From the NCBI GenBank assembly GCA_963696705.1, contig CAVOLD010000012.1, forward strand, positions 128,079 to 192,078: a DNA stretch of 64,000 nt, given 5' to 3'. The stretch is from an uncultured Acidobacteriota bacterium (lineage in GTDB: Bacteria; Acidobacteriota; Terriglobia; Terriglobales; Acidobacteriaceae). Under the pieces are notes generated by a model. The model was given only the letters and a program-made list of their open reading frames with translations, ran no database searches and was not told the DNA's origin. Positions 57,084 to 64,000 of this stretch are shown piece by piece. A program made the position numbers and the translations under genes. Within the stretch, counting starts at the first letter, position 1. Every line of letters starts with the position of its first letter.

Positions 57084-57113
57084 TTGACAACTGTGATACA
57101 GAACTCTATAAAT
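57084..57113 (+). promoter_or_regulatory. near-consensus sigma70-type promoter for 57148..57441
   Basis: TTGACA (57084-89), a 17-nt spacer, then TATAAAT (57107-13), ~35 nt upstream of the ATG. It sits in a locally AT-rich intergenic region. Confidence 0.55.
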
Positions 57114-57147
57114 AGCCCGTAAGATTACTCAGGAGTACGCAAACCGT

Positions 57148-57441
57148 ATGACTAAGGAAAATTTAAGGAATCAAAAGCCCACGCTGAACTATGACCGTGT
57201 CGTGCTCGCGAACCTTAAGAGAAACCGACGGGGGAAGCACCACGATCTGATTCAGGGAATTTTTCAGGACCTCGAAACCCTGCCGGTTGGCTCGGCCATC
57301 AAGATCCCTCTAGCGGAGGCGGACGGAATCACCTTGGCCAATCTGCGATCGGCCGTCCATCGCGCGTCGACCTCCAGAGACCTGGCGATCGAGACGCTGT
57401 CAGACGACGACAATTTCTATATCTGGAAGACGACGGAGTAG
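57148..57441 (+). CDS. hypothetical 97-aa protein
   Basis: ORF with a strong upstream promoter-like element, upstream of the MEDS kinase on the same strand. No motif recognised. Confidence 0.55.
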   Translation: MTKENLRNQKPTLNYDRVVLANLKRNRRGKHHDLIQGIFQDLETLPVGSAIKIPLAEADGITLANLRSAVHRASTSRDLAIETLSDDDNFYIWKTTE

Positions 57442-57664
57442 CCGAAAGCAATTAGTTTGGCTGTGTTCTGGCAGTGTGTGTGGCGATTTCGCTGCTCGTG
57501 AGCTTTGTGGTCCCGCTCCGTAAAGTCCGCGAGACAAGTACAGGATTCCCTGTATGTGCCGAAATGATTCTGCACACTAGAATCACCCAGACCGTTGCCA
57601 TCCTGCTTTCGTTCTTTTCGTTCCATGTAGGCGCGAAATGCCGACTGACAAGGAGTTGATCTAA

Positions 57665-59110
57665 ATGAGCACCGCGAACACTCCGATTCCGGGCACGCTT
57701 TCGTCCGCGCCACAAACGCCATGGGCTGACCACAACCAGTCCGCGCACGTAGTTCAGTTCTACGGAGACGACGGATTTCTTCTTGACGAGTTGAGCCGAT
57801 TTATTGGCCCGGCGTTGGGAGCTGGTGAAGCCGCGGTGGTTATTGCCACCAAGGAACATCGTGATGGGCTAAGCCGAAGACTGCAAATGTGGGGCCTGGA
57901 TCCGAACTGGGCAGTCGCGCAGGGGCGTTACATCGCGCTTGACGCGGCCGAGACTCTGTCGAAATTCATGGTAGCCGGATGGCCCGACGCTACCCGTTTT
58001 GCCGAGGTGATTGGCAGTCTGATCGCAACCATCGCGGCCGGCCCCGGAGGCGAACAGCGTCGTGTTGCTGCGTTCGGTGAAATGGTCGCCCTGTTATGGA
58101 GCGACGGCAAAGTTGATGCCGCGATCCGGCTGGAACAGTTGTGGAATGAACTGGCCCGGATCCATCGCTTCACACTCCGCTGCGCGTATCCGATGTCCAG
58201 TTTTTATCGTGAGGAACACGGCGAGCTGCTGCTTAAGATCTGTGCGGAACATTCCAATGTGATTCCCAGCGAGAGCTACACCGCGCTGGCCAATGAGGAC
58301 GAGCGACTTCGTACGATCGCTCACTTGCAGCATAAGGCAAAGGCGCTCGAGACCGAAATCGCGGAACGCCAGCAAGTCGAGAATAAACTCCGGCGCAGCC
58401 AGGCCGAGCTTGAATCCCTGGTGGAGCAGCGTACGGCTGCGGTGCGTCACCTTTCGTCGCGGCTGCTGAGTTTGCAAGATTCTGAGCGCCGGCGAATTGC
58501 TCGTGAGCTGCACGATAGCCTGGGCCAATACTTGGTAGCGTTGAAACTCAACGTGGATCTCCTACGCCAGTCTCCGGAGCGAGGGGAATTGTGGACGCAA
58601 TCAGAAGAGTTGATGGAGCGATGCATCGCCGAGGTTCGAACCCTTTCTTACCTGCTTCACCCACCTACGATGGACGCAGTGGGGATCGCGTCAGCCGCGC
58701 GTTGGTATGTCGAAGGCTTTGGTCTTCGCAGCGGGCTCAAGCTAACCTTGGATGCTCCGGAAGACCCGGTGCGCTTGCCCGACGCCATCGAACTCGCCCT
58801 TTTCCGCGTGCTGCAAGAAGCTTTGACCAATGTCCATTCCGGCGCATCGGCGGCAGACGTTGTCATCCGTAGAACGTCCGGACAGGTGACTTTGGAAGTG
58901 CGGGACAACGGCCGCGGATTGGAACAAGACGTTCTCAACCGTTTTTGCGAAACCGGCGCCGGAACTGGGGTTGGCCTTATGAGCATGAATGAGAGGGCGC
59001 GTGAACTTGGAGGTAAGATTCAGCTCGAATCAACCAGCTCAGGAACGTCGGTAAAAATAACGATGCCGGTCCCTCCTGATTGCGCCCGCGTGCAGGAGGA
59101 GAACTCGTAA
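57665..59110 (+). CDS. MEDS-domain sensor histidine kinase (HisKA_3 type), cytoplasmic
   Basis: AAGGAG RBS. HVVQFYGDDGFLLDELSRFIGPALGAGEAAVVIAT is a MEDS signature. H-box RRIARELHDSLGQYL. ATPase part LQEALTNVHSGASA...DNGRGL...GVGLMSMNERA. No TM segments. Confidence 0.85.
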   Translation: MSTANTPIPGTLSSAPQTPWADHNQSAHVVQFYGDDGFLLDELSRFIGPALGAGEAAVVIATKEHRDGLSRRLQMWGLDPNWAVAQGRYIALDAAETLSKFMVAGWPDATRFAEVIGSLIATIAAGPGGEQRRVAAFGEMVALLWSDGKVDAAIRLEQLWNELARIHRFTLRCAYPMSSFYREEHGELLLKICAEHSNVIPSESYTALANEDERLRTIAHLQHKAKALETEIAERQQVENKLRRSQAELESLVEQRTAAVRHLSSRLLSLQDSERRRIARELHDSLGQYLVALKLNVDLLRQSPERGELWTQSEELMERCIAEVRTLSYLLHPPTMDAVGIASAARWYVEGFGLRSGLKLTLDAPEDPVRLPDAIELALFRVLQEALTNVHSGASAADVVIRRTSGQVTLEVRDNGRGLEQDVLNRFCETGAGTGVGLMSMNERARELGGKIQLESTSSGTSVKITMPVPPDCARVQEENS

Positions 59111-59246
59111 TTGTGGCGTCACAGTTATTGCGAAGCAGTCGGGCAAAGATTCGAATGAAGGCAAAGACGACGTGGTGGGGGGAACAAGAACGTCGATATA
59201 CGCTGAAGAATTTGTTTTCTGTTTCCCTCGAGACTAGAAGCAATTT

Positions 59247-59657
59247 ATGACGGTTCGCATTCTGGTTGTAGACGATCACCCGGTTGTGAGGCATGGTCTC
59301 AGGACCTTGCTGGGCGGGCATCCCGAGTGGGAAATCATCGATGAAGCGGCAGACGGCCTTGAAGCCGTCGACAAAGCCGATCGCCTGAAGCCTGATGTCG
59401 TGGTGCTGGATATAACTATGCCGAAGATGAGCGGGCTCGAGGCATGCCGGCTGATTCGCAAGCGGGCACCGGCATCCGAGATCCTGATTGTTACTCAACA
59501 CGACTCTCCCCACATGATGCGGGAGGCAATCGAGGCTGGTGCCAGAGGCTACGTCGTGAAGTCCAATGCGTCTCGCGATTTGCTCGCGGCAGTGGAGGCG
59601 GTAAGCCGGCATCTGCCTTTCCGGGCTCTGAATGAGCAGTCGGTTGATTCTGGCTGA
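59247..59657 (+). CDS. single-domain response regulator (REC only)
   Basis: MTVRILVVDDHPVVRHG...VVLDITMPKMSG...ILIVTQHDS. 136 aa with no HTH. Confidence 0.85.
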   Translation: MTVRILVVDDHPVVRHGLRTLLGGHPEWEIIDEAADGLEAVDKADRLKPDVVVLDITMPKMSGLEACRLIRKRAPASEILIVTQHDSPHMMREAIEAGARGYVVKSNASRDLLAAVEAVSRHLPFRALNEQSVDSG

Positions 59658-59726
59658 TTTCGACAATCGGGGTCTGTTGGCTGTGTTTTTGAGTTGGAAA
59701 CGTCACAATACTCGCGGAGGTGGGCA

Positions 59727-60428
59727 ATGAAGTTGCGAATCCTGATAGCGGATGATCACGAAGTCGTGCGGCGCGGGTTGTGTGCGCTGCTGCAGGCGCG
59801 CGAGGGTTGGGAAATTTGCGCCGAGGCGAAGGACGGACGCGAGGCCGTGGAGAAGGCGTCGCAATTAAAACCCGACGTGGTGATTCTCGACGTCGGTATG
59901 CCGAATCTCAACGGCTTGGCAGCGACCCGGCAGTTGACCCAACTGGACCCCCACTGCAAGGTCATCGTGCTGACGATCACGGATTCGGATCAGGTGATAC
60001 GAGAGGCTCTGGATGCGGGCGCTCGCGGGTTCGTGCTGAAGTCCGACGCCGCTCGTGATCTGGTCTCTGCGGTCGAGGCGCTGCAGCGCAACCGCATGTT
60101 CTTTACTCCGCGAGTCAATGACATGGTCCTCGCCGGCTTTCTGGATAAAGGACACAACGGATCCAGCAGCGAGCCTCCCCGTTTGCCGAAGCTGACCTCG
60201 CGCGAGCGCGAAGTCATTCAGCTTCTCGCCGAGGGAAAGAGCTCCAAGGAAGTCGCCTGCGTTCTCAACTTAAGTACTAAAACTGCCGAGACACATCGCA
60301 GCAACATTATGCGGAAACTTGGCTTTCACTCTATTCGCGATCTGGTGGTGTACGCAGTGAAGAACAATATTATCCAGGTCCAAATGCCAACCCAGCTTCA
60401 CAATCCGACCGAAGGGTCGGCCGCATAG
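59727..60428 (+). CDS. NarL/FixJ (LuxR-type) response regulator, paralog of 53714..54367
   Basis: ATG 59727 after GGAGGTGGG. MKLRILIADDHEVVRRG...ILDVGMPNLNG...LTSREREVIQLLAEGKSSKEVACVLNLSTKTAETHRSNIMRKL. Confidence 0.9.
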   Translation: MKLRILIADDHEVVRRGLCALLQAREGWEICAEAKDGREAVEKASQLKPDVVILDVGMPNLNGLAATRQLTQLDPHCKVIVLTITDSDQVIREALDAGARGFVLKSDAARDLVSAVEALQRNRMFFTPRVNDMVLAGFLDKGHNGSSSEPPRLPKLTSREREVIQLLAEGKSSKEVACVLNLSTKTAETHRSNIMRKLGFHSIRDLVVYAVKNNIIQVQMPTQLHNPTEGSAA

Positions 60429-60754
60429 CAGCCTCAGTCCGCTTTTTGTGAGGCGTCGCCGAAAAGCAGGGGCGTCCCTGTCGGAGGCGCCCGTCCTTCG
60501 GTCCGCCATTCCTTCCTTAGCGTATTCCCGTAAGCCTTGCGCCGGTGCGAGCAGAAATTCCGCACCTCATCTACAGCAAAGACTCTAGATAAATTCGACA
60601 ACCTGATCGCATCAGAAGTGGGTACAAATTTCTCAGCGGCTCGGCTTGGCATACGGGGCCTGTTGAGAAGAAAGAAGAATTCGCAGTGGCGATTGAGTTG
60701 CCTCTACGGTTGCGTGTTCGCGCGGGGGCGCTTCGTCACACGGAGGTTCTGACA

Positions 60755-61204
60755 ATGAAACGCGGAGCCACTACGTTGCTTGGGTTGACGCTCTTCCTCT
60801 TGGTTTCATCCTGGGTATTTTCACAGGACGCAAGTCCCCAGCCTTGTCCGGATGTGAAGGCAGACACACTGGGATGCGAACCGGTTGCGTGGTCGCGACT
60901 GCAGGAACCAGTGCCGTTGCCTGAGCCAGGTACGGCGCCCGCGCCCTCACCGGACCAGCAGGATCAGCAATCTGCTCAATCGGCGAGTTCCAAAGTCCAG
61001 CCTGATACACCGAAGCAGAGCATTAAAGGCATCATCCTGAGGCAGGGAGAAAAGTTCGTCCTCAAGGCTGGAGACAATACGACTTACCAACTCGATGACC
61101 AAAATAAAGCCGGGCAATATCAAGATAAGCAAGTAAACGTCGTCGGCGTCTTGGACGCGGATAGCAACACTCTACACATTGAGACCATCGAACTAGCTTC
61201 CTGA
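60755..61204 (+). CDS. small secreted protein (DUF5818-like)
   Basis: ATG 60755 after GGAGG. Signal peptide MKRGATTLLGLTLFLLVSSWVFS, P/Q-rich linker, then IKGIILRQGEKFVLKAGDNTTYQLDDQNKAGQYQDKQVNVVGVLDADSNTLHIETIE. Confidence 0.7.
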   Translation: MKRGATTLLGLTLFLLVSSWVFSQDASPQPCPDVKADTLGCEPVAWSRLQEPVPLPEPGTAPAPSPDQQDQQSAQSASSKVQPDTPKQSIKGIILRQGEKFVLKAGDNTTYQLDDQNKAGQYQDKQVNVVGVLDADSNTLHIETIELAS

Positions 61205-61373
61205 CACTCGGTACGATTCAGGAAACACCATTTCGAAGAGAGATGGGTACCGAACGAAGAACAACGAGTTCAGGAGTTTTTCTTGAGTGACTAAGGAGTC
61301 CGCTCGATGGCTTAGCAGGCTTCCACGCCCCAAGCTAGAACGTGACTTGGGTTATCTCTTCATCGGAGGTTAC

Positions 61374-61814
61374 ATGAACACGAAAGCAACTGTTCTATCT
61401 CTTCTATTGCTCTCTGGAACCTGGATGGTGGCGCAGAGCGCAGGTTCAGGCAGCGCAGGATCGGCGGGGGGCCACGCGGGAACTGCGGGCCGAAGCGCGA
61501 CACCCGGCCAACAGAATTCTCCCGGAACCACCAATCCGAATCCGGGTAGTGCAACGCCAACTCCAGGCACGGCGGCACCGACTCCAGGCACGGCAGCACC
61601 GCAACCCGGAACCGCAGCGCCTAATTCCGGAACCACCAACCCCAACGCCAATAACCCTTCGACGCACTCCCCGAACAATTCACAGGAACCGGGCAGCGCT
61701 TCGCCAGGTGCGGGAAATCCGGGAAATGCAACCCCGCCGTCAGACCAGACGCCTCCGAACGCGCAGCCGCCCAACGGCGGCGCGAACAACGGCACGACCG
61801 CTCCCCCCAACTAG
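61374..61814 (+). CDS. secreted low-complexity P/G/T/N-rich protein
   Basis: ATG 61374 after GGAGG. Signal peptide MNTKATVLSLLLLSGTWMVAQS, then TPGTAAPTPGTAAPQPGTAAPNSGTTNPN... repeats. Confidence 0.6.
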   Translation: MNTKATVLSLLLLSGTWMVAQSAGSGSAGSAGGHAGTAGRSATPGQQNSPGTTNPNPGSATPTPGTAAPTPGTAAPQPGTAAPNSGTTNPNANNPSTHSPNNSQEPGSASPGAGNPGNATPPSDQTPPNAQPPNGGANNGTTAPPN

Positions 61815-61942
61815 GCGAAGCGAAGGGTCGTCGTTTCTAGCGCAGGAGTCTCCTTGTCCTGGTCGGACAAGGGTCTTCTGCGCATTTCTTTTTGCGATGA
61901 CACTGCGTCGGCTAGGAGGAATCTCCCATTTAATACCCAACC

Positions 61943-62042
61943 AATTGTCATTCCGAGGGAAGCGAGGAATCTGCTGTCGCCGGGAGCAACGAAAATGCAG
62001 ATCCTCGCCAGCAGATTCCTAGCTTCGCTCGAAATGACAATT
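61943..62042. repeat. ~100-bp imperfect palindromic REP/MITE-like element
   Basis: Left arm AATTGTCATTCCGAGGGAAGCGAGGAATCTGCTG (61943-76). Right arm CAGCAGATTCCTAGCTTCGCTCGAAATGACAATT (62009-42), the reverse complement with a few mismatches. Intergenic. Confidence 0.6.
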
Positions 62043-62073
62043 AGTGCTAAAGCTACGCAATTTGTTTGAGGTT

Positions 62074-62107
62074 CAAAGAATAAAGGGAGCCGACAAAAGC
62101 GGCTCCC
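62074..62107 (-). terminator. intrinsic terminator after csbD
   Basis: Reverse strand: GGGAGCCG-cttttgt-CGGCTCCC (62107..62085) followed by TTTATTCTTTG. It lies 21 nt past the csbD stop. Confidence 0.75.
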
Positions 62108-62128
62108 TCAGCCTTACCTCGGATCGTC

Positions 62129-62365
62129 TTAGCTGGCCTTGCGTCTCTCATCCAAGTCGGCTTGGTGGGACTCGACTGCGTTCCACTCATCGACCTGCTT
62201 TTGAGCCGCTTCTTTTGCAACGCCGTACCGCTCTTGAATCTTTCCCACCAGTTGATCGTGCTTGCCGTCGATGACGTTAATGTCGTCGTCGGTCAATTTA
62301 CCCCAGCGTTCCTTCACTGAACCTTTCATCTGTTTCCACTTGCCCTGCAGTTGATCTGAGTTCAT
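62129..62365 (-). CDS. csbD: CsbD-family general stress protein
   Basis: MNSDQLQGKWKQMKGSVKERWGKLTDDDINVIDGKHDQLVGKIQERYG is the textbook CsbD motif. Confidence 0.9.
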   Translation of the reverse strand: MNSDQLQGKWKQMKGSVKERWGKLTDDDINVIDGKHDQLVGKIQERYGVAKEAAQKQVDEWNAVESHQADLDERRKAS

Positions 62366-62442
62366 TTGTATTCTCCTTTTAAGTGTTTAGTATTAAGCCC
62401 CGCCGGCTGCGCGTGCACCGGCACGAGATTGCTGCCTCGGCC

Positions 62443-63006
62443 TTAAACTGCGCGAGGGAGATGTGTCCGGGTTTCGGTGTCATCAGAGGTAGCCTCGCCG
62501 CTTGACGAGACATCCTGGGCACTGGTCCGTTCCAGGACTTGCTTTGCGAGTTTGATCGACTCCGAAGTGTCGCAGTGAACAGAAAGCAAAATGCCGCCGT
62601 CTTTCACCCTGCCTTCATAGCGCTTAGCCTCGTATTCCGGAATTCCCATGCCAATCAGCGCGCCAGCAATTCCGCCAACCGCGCCACCCACACCCGCGCC
62701 GGCGAGGGCAGCCATGATCGGACCGGCCGCGATAAATGGCCCTAAGCCAGGAATCGCCAGGGCACCAACCCCGAGCAGCCATCCCATCGCGCCCCCGAGC
62801 ACGACGCCGGTTCCGGCGCCTGTCGTCGCGCCTTCCGGGGCTTTGGTGCCCTTCTCGTGCGCAAAGTCCCTGGACCCTGCGCTCTCCGGGAGTAGCGCAG
62901 AAATATCCCGGTTGCTAAATCCCGCGGCTTTCAGGCCGTCCACTCCGGCTTCCACGCCGCTGTAGCTCGGGTAGATGCCGAATACCGCTGTTTTTTTTCC
63001 TGCCAT
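62443..63006 (-). CDS. general-stress-type protein (YflT/GSP17M-like N-domain + glycine zipper), paralog of 12362..13150
   Basis: VFGIYPSYSGVEAGVDGLKAAGFSNRDISALLPE..., then zipper GAGTGVVLGGAMGWLLGVGALAIPGLGPFIAAGPIMAALAGAGVGGAVGGIAGALIGMG, then PEYEAKRYEGRVKDGGILLSVH. Confidence 0.7.
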   Translation of the reverse strand: MAGKKTAVFGIYPSYSGVEAGVDGLKAAGFSNRDISALLPESAGSRDFAHEKGTKAPEGATTGAGTGVVLGGAMGWLLGVGALAIPGLGPFIAAGPIMAALAGAGVGGAVGGIAGALIGMGIPEYEAKRYEGRVKDGGILLSVHCDTSESIKLAKQVLERTSAQDVSSSGEATSDDTETRTHLPRAV

Positions 63007-63040
63007 TATGAATTCTCCTTGGTTGGTCTGATTGCGATGG

Positions 63041-63433
63041 TTAACGTGCCGGTTTAACGTTCAACTCGTCGTTGACATTGCCTGCGCCGGCTACTTCGGT
63101 GGCCTTGGCCTCGAGCGCTCGCTTCTCGTCGTCCGATCGCACGGGTCCCTTCAGCGTGACTTGGCCATTCTGCGTGATGATTTTCACGTTGTGGGCATAA
63201 GTCGACAAAGATTTGTCCTGCACGATTGCCTTGCGAATTTGTTGCGTCATGTGCAGGTCAGCATGATTGCCCTTCTGCTGATCCGCTGTGGGTTGGCTTG
63301 CCTTCTGGTCTCCCTGGTTCATTTTTGTGTTGTCAGCGGGAACGTCTTGAGATGCGGTCTGCGCCAGTGCCCAGCCGCCACTCAACAACGAACCCACCAG
63401 CAGGAGGGTTTTGATACCGTGATTAAGCTTCAT
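63041..63433 (-). CDS. BON-domain (OsmY-like) periplasmic protein
   Basis: Signal peptide MKLNHGIKTLLLVGSLLSGGWALA. IRKAIVQDKSLSTYAHNVKIITQNGQVTLKGPVRSDDEKRALEAKATEVAGAGNVNDEL is a BON domain. Confidence 0.85.
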   Translation of the reverse strand: MKLNHGIKTLLLVGSLLSGGWALAQTASQDVPADNTKMNQGDQKASQPTADQQKGNHADLHMTQQIRKAIVQDKSLSTYAHNVKIITQNGQVTLKGPVRSDDEKRALEAKATEVAGAGNVNDELNVKPAR

Positions 63434-63471
63434 TCAATAACTCCTTGTGCATCTTGACCATGTCCAGCTTG

Positions 63472-63500
63472 ACCATAATTCGCACGATCGCACGTGCCAA
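63472..63500 (-). promoter_or_regulatory. possible sigma70-type promoter of the BON / YflT-like / csbD operon
   Basis: Reverse strand: TTGGCA (63500-495), a 17-nt spacer, then TATGGT (63477-72), ~39 nt upstream of the BON ATG. Found by eye only. Confidence 0.35.
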
Positions 63501-63699
63501 TCGAGTTGGCCCTCTAGTTCACCCTAAGATTGCCCGTAGGCGCAGACTCAAGTACCACGAGTGACGTGCACATGTACCGCGTTCACCTGATGGTGCGAAT
63601 AATCTTCGGGACCTATGCTCGGCTGGCGAACAGGGCGGTCAAGAGTGGGGGAAGCGCCATTCTTGCGCCGCCGAAACTAAAGTCAAGAGGAGCCGAATA

Positions 63700-63852
63700 T
63701 GCTTTGGACGATTTTCGTAATACTGCTGGTCCTGTGGTTGCTGGGGTTAGTGAGTTCGTACACCTTGGGAGGGTTTATTCACATTCTCCTGGTAGTCGCG
63801 CTCGTGATCCTCGTGATCAACCTTCTGAGTGGCCGTAGAACCGCAATCTAGG
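63700..63852 (+). CDS. lmo0937-family small membrane protein
   Basis: Below the ORF-track cutoff. My translation is MLWTIFVILLVLWLLGLVSSYTLGGFIHILLVVALVILVINLLSGRRTAI*. GAGGAG lies 7 nt upstream. Confidence 0.75.
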
Positions 63853-63901
63853 AGTCGGGAATTGGAGCCGACACGCGGCGAAACGCATCTTAGAATTGGC
63901 C

Positions 63902-64000
63902 ATGCTGCAAACTCGACAGAGGTTCACGAAAGGCGCGATCCTGTTTTTCGTGCTCCTCTGTTCAGGAGTCGGAAACGGATACTCCGTACTGACTCACGAA
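63902..64000 (+). CDS. N-terminus of a secreted or membrane protein (runs off right edge)
   Basis: MLQTRQRFTKGAILFFVLLCSGVGNGYSVLTHE... has a signal-like start and an open frame to the window end. Function not assignable. Confidence 0.4.
   Translation, partial: MLQTRQRFTKGAILFFVLLCSGVGNGYSVLTHE

Noticed and set aside
57417-57859. Minus-strand ORFs (101 and 135 aa) between the orphan gene and the MEDS kinase
   Set aside because: They overlap the well-supported kinase start and the orphan gene's end, and they have Arg/Cys/His-rich composition and no RBS.
63486-63500. TGGCAC motif suggesting a sigma54 promoter upstream of the BON gene
   Set aside because: The required TTGC element 5 nt downstream is absent (the sequence is ATCG). 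The spacing to a TATGGT box fits a sigma70-type promoter better.
1-64000. Prophage, integrative element or defence island
   Set aside because: I saw no integrase, transposase, phage structural genes, restriction-modification genes, Cas genes, flanking tRNA or direct-repeat att sites. The only TA pair (VapBC) stands alone.

Overview
GC-rich chromosomal window with no rRNA, tRNA, CRISPR array, transposase or integrase that I could recognise. The gene content looks acidobacterial (Terriglobia-like): a VWFA-type 'acidobacterial' secreted protein, HTH-TM-TPR proteins and many secreted low-complexity proteins. This taxonomic call is inference only. About 60 CDS are supported.

Recognisable blocks:
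- VapBC toxin-antitoxin pair.
- Tandem guanine and cytosine deaminases next to inorganic pyrophosphatase.
- glgX-treZ-treY trehalose operon.
- AsmA-like protein and AI-2E transporter.
- Two paralogous lipoprotein phosphoesterases (PLC/AcpA family) in inverted orientation. One carries five tandem B-repeat domains.

Three regions deserve a closer look:
1. A ~14 kb envelope-glycan locus (34.9-49.2 kb). It combines a 1407-aa TPR + C-terminal beta-barrel protein and a GT4 (Pel/Bcs-style export logic). It also has an ATGA-coupled five-gene operon encoding a GT-C membrane protein, three secreted unknowns and an ArnC/GtrB-like GT2. A GH99/71-like lipoprotein and a MOP-type flippase fused to a C-terminal domain with a ParB/Srx-like 'DGNHR' motif complete it.
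2. A mirrored two-component block (53.7-60.4 kb): LuxR-type RR + REC-only + CHASE3 kinase on one side, MEDS kinase + REC-only + LuxR-type RR on the other. It is flanked by general-stress-type genes (lmo0937-like, OmpA-like, CsbD, BON, YflT-like).
3. A small helical protein family (signature W-R-x-x-Y-x-A-A-L-L/M-E ... D-A-L-x-x-L-R) present in three copies. One copy heads the CHASE3 kinase operon and one follows a tandem Crp/Fnr pair.

All functional calls come from motif reading by eye. No searches were run.
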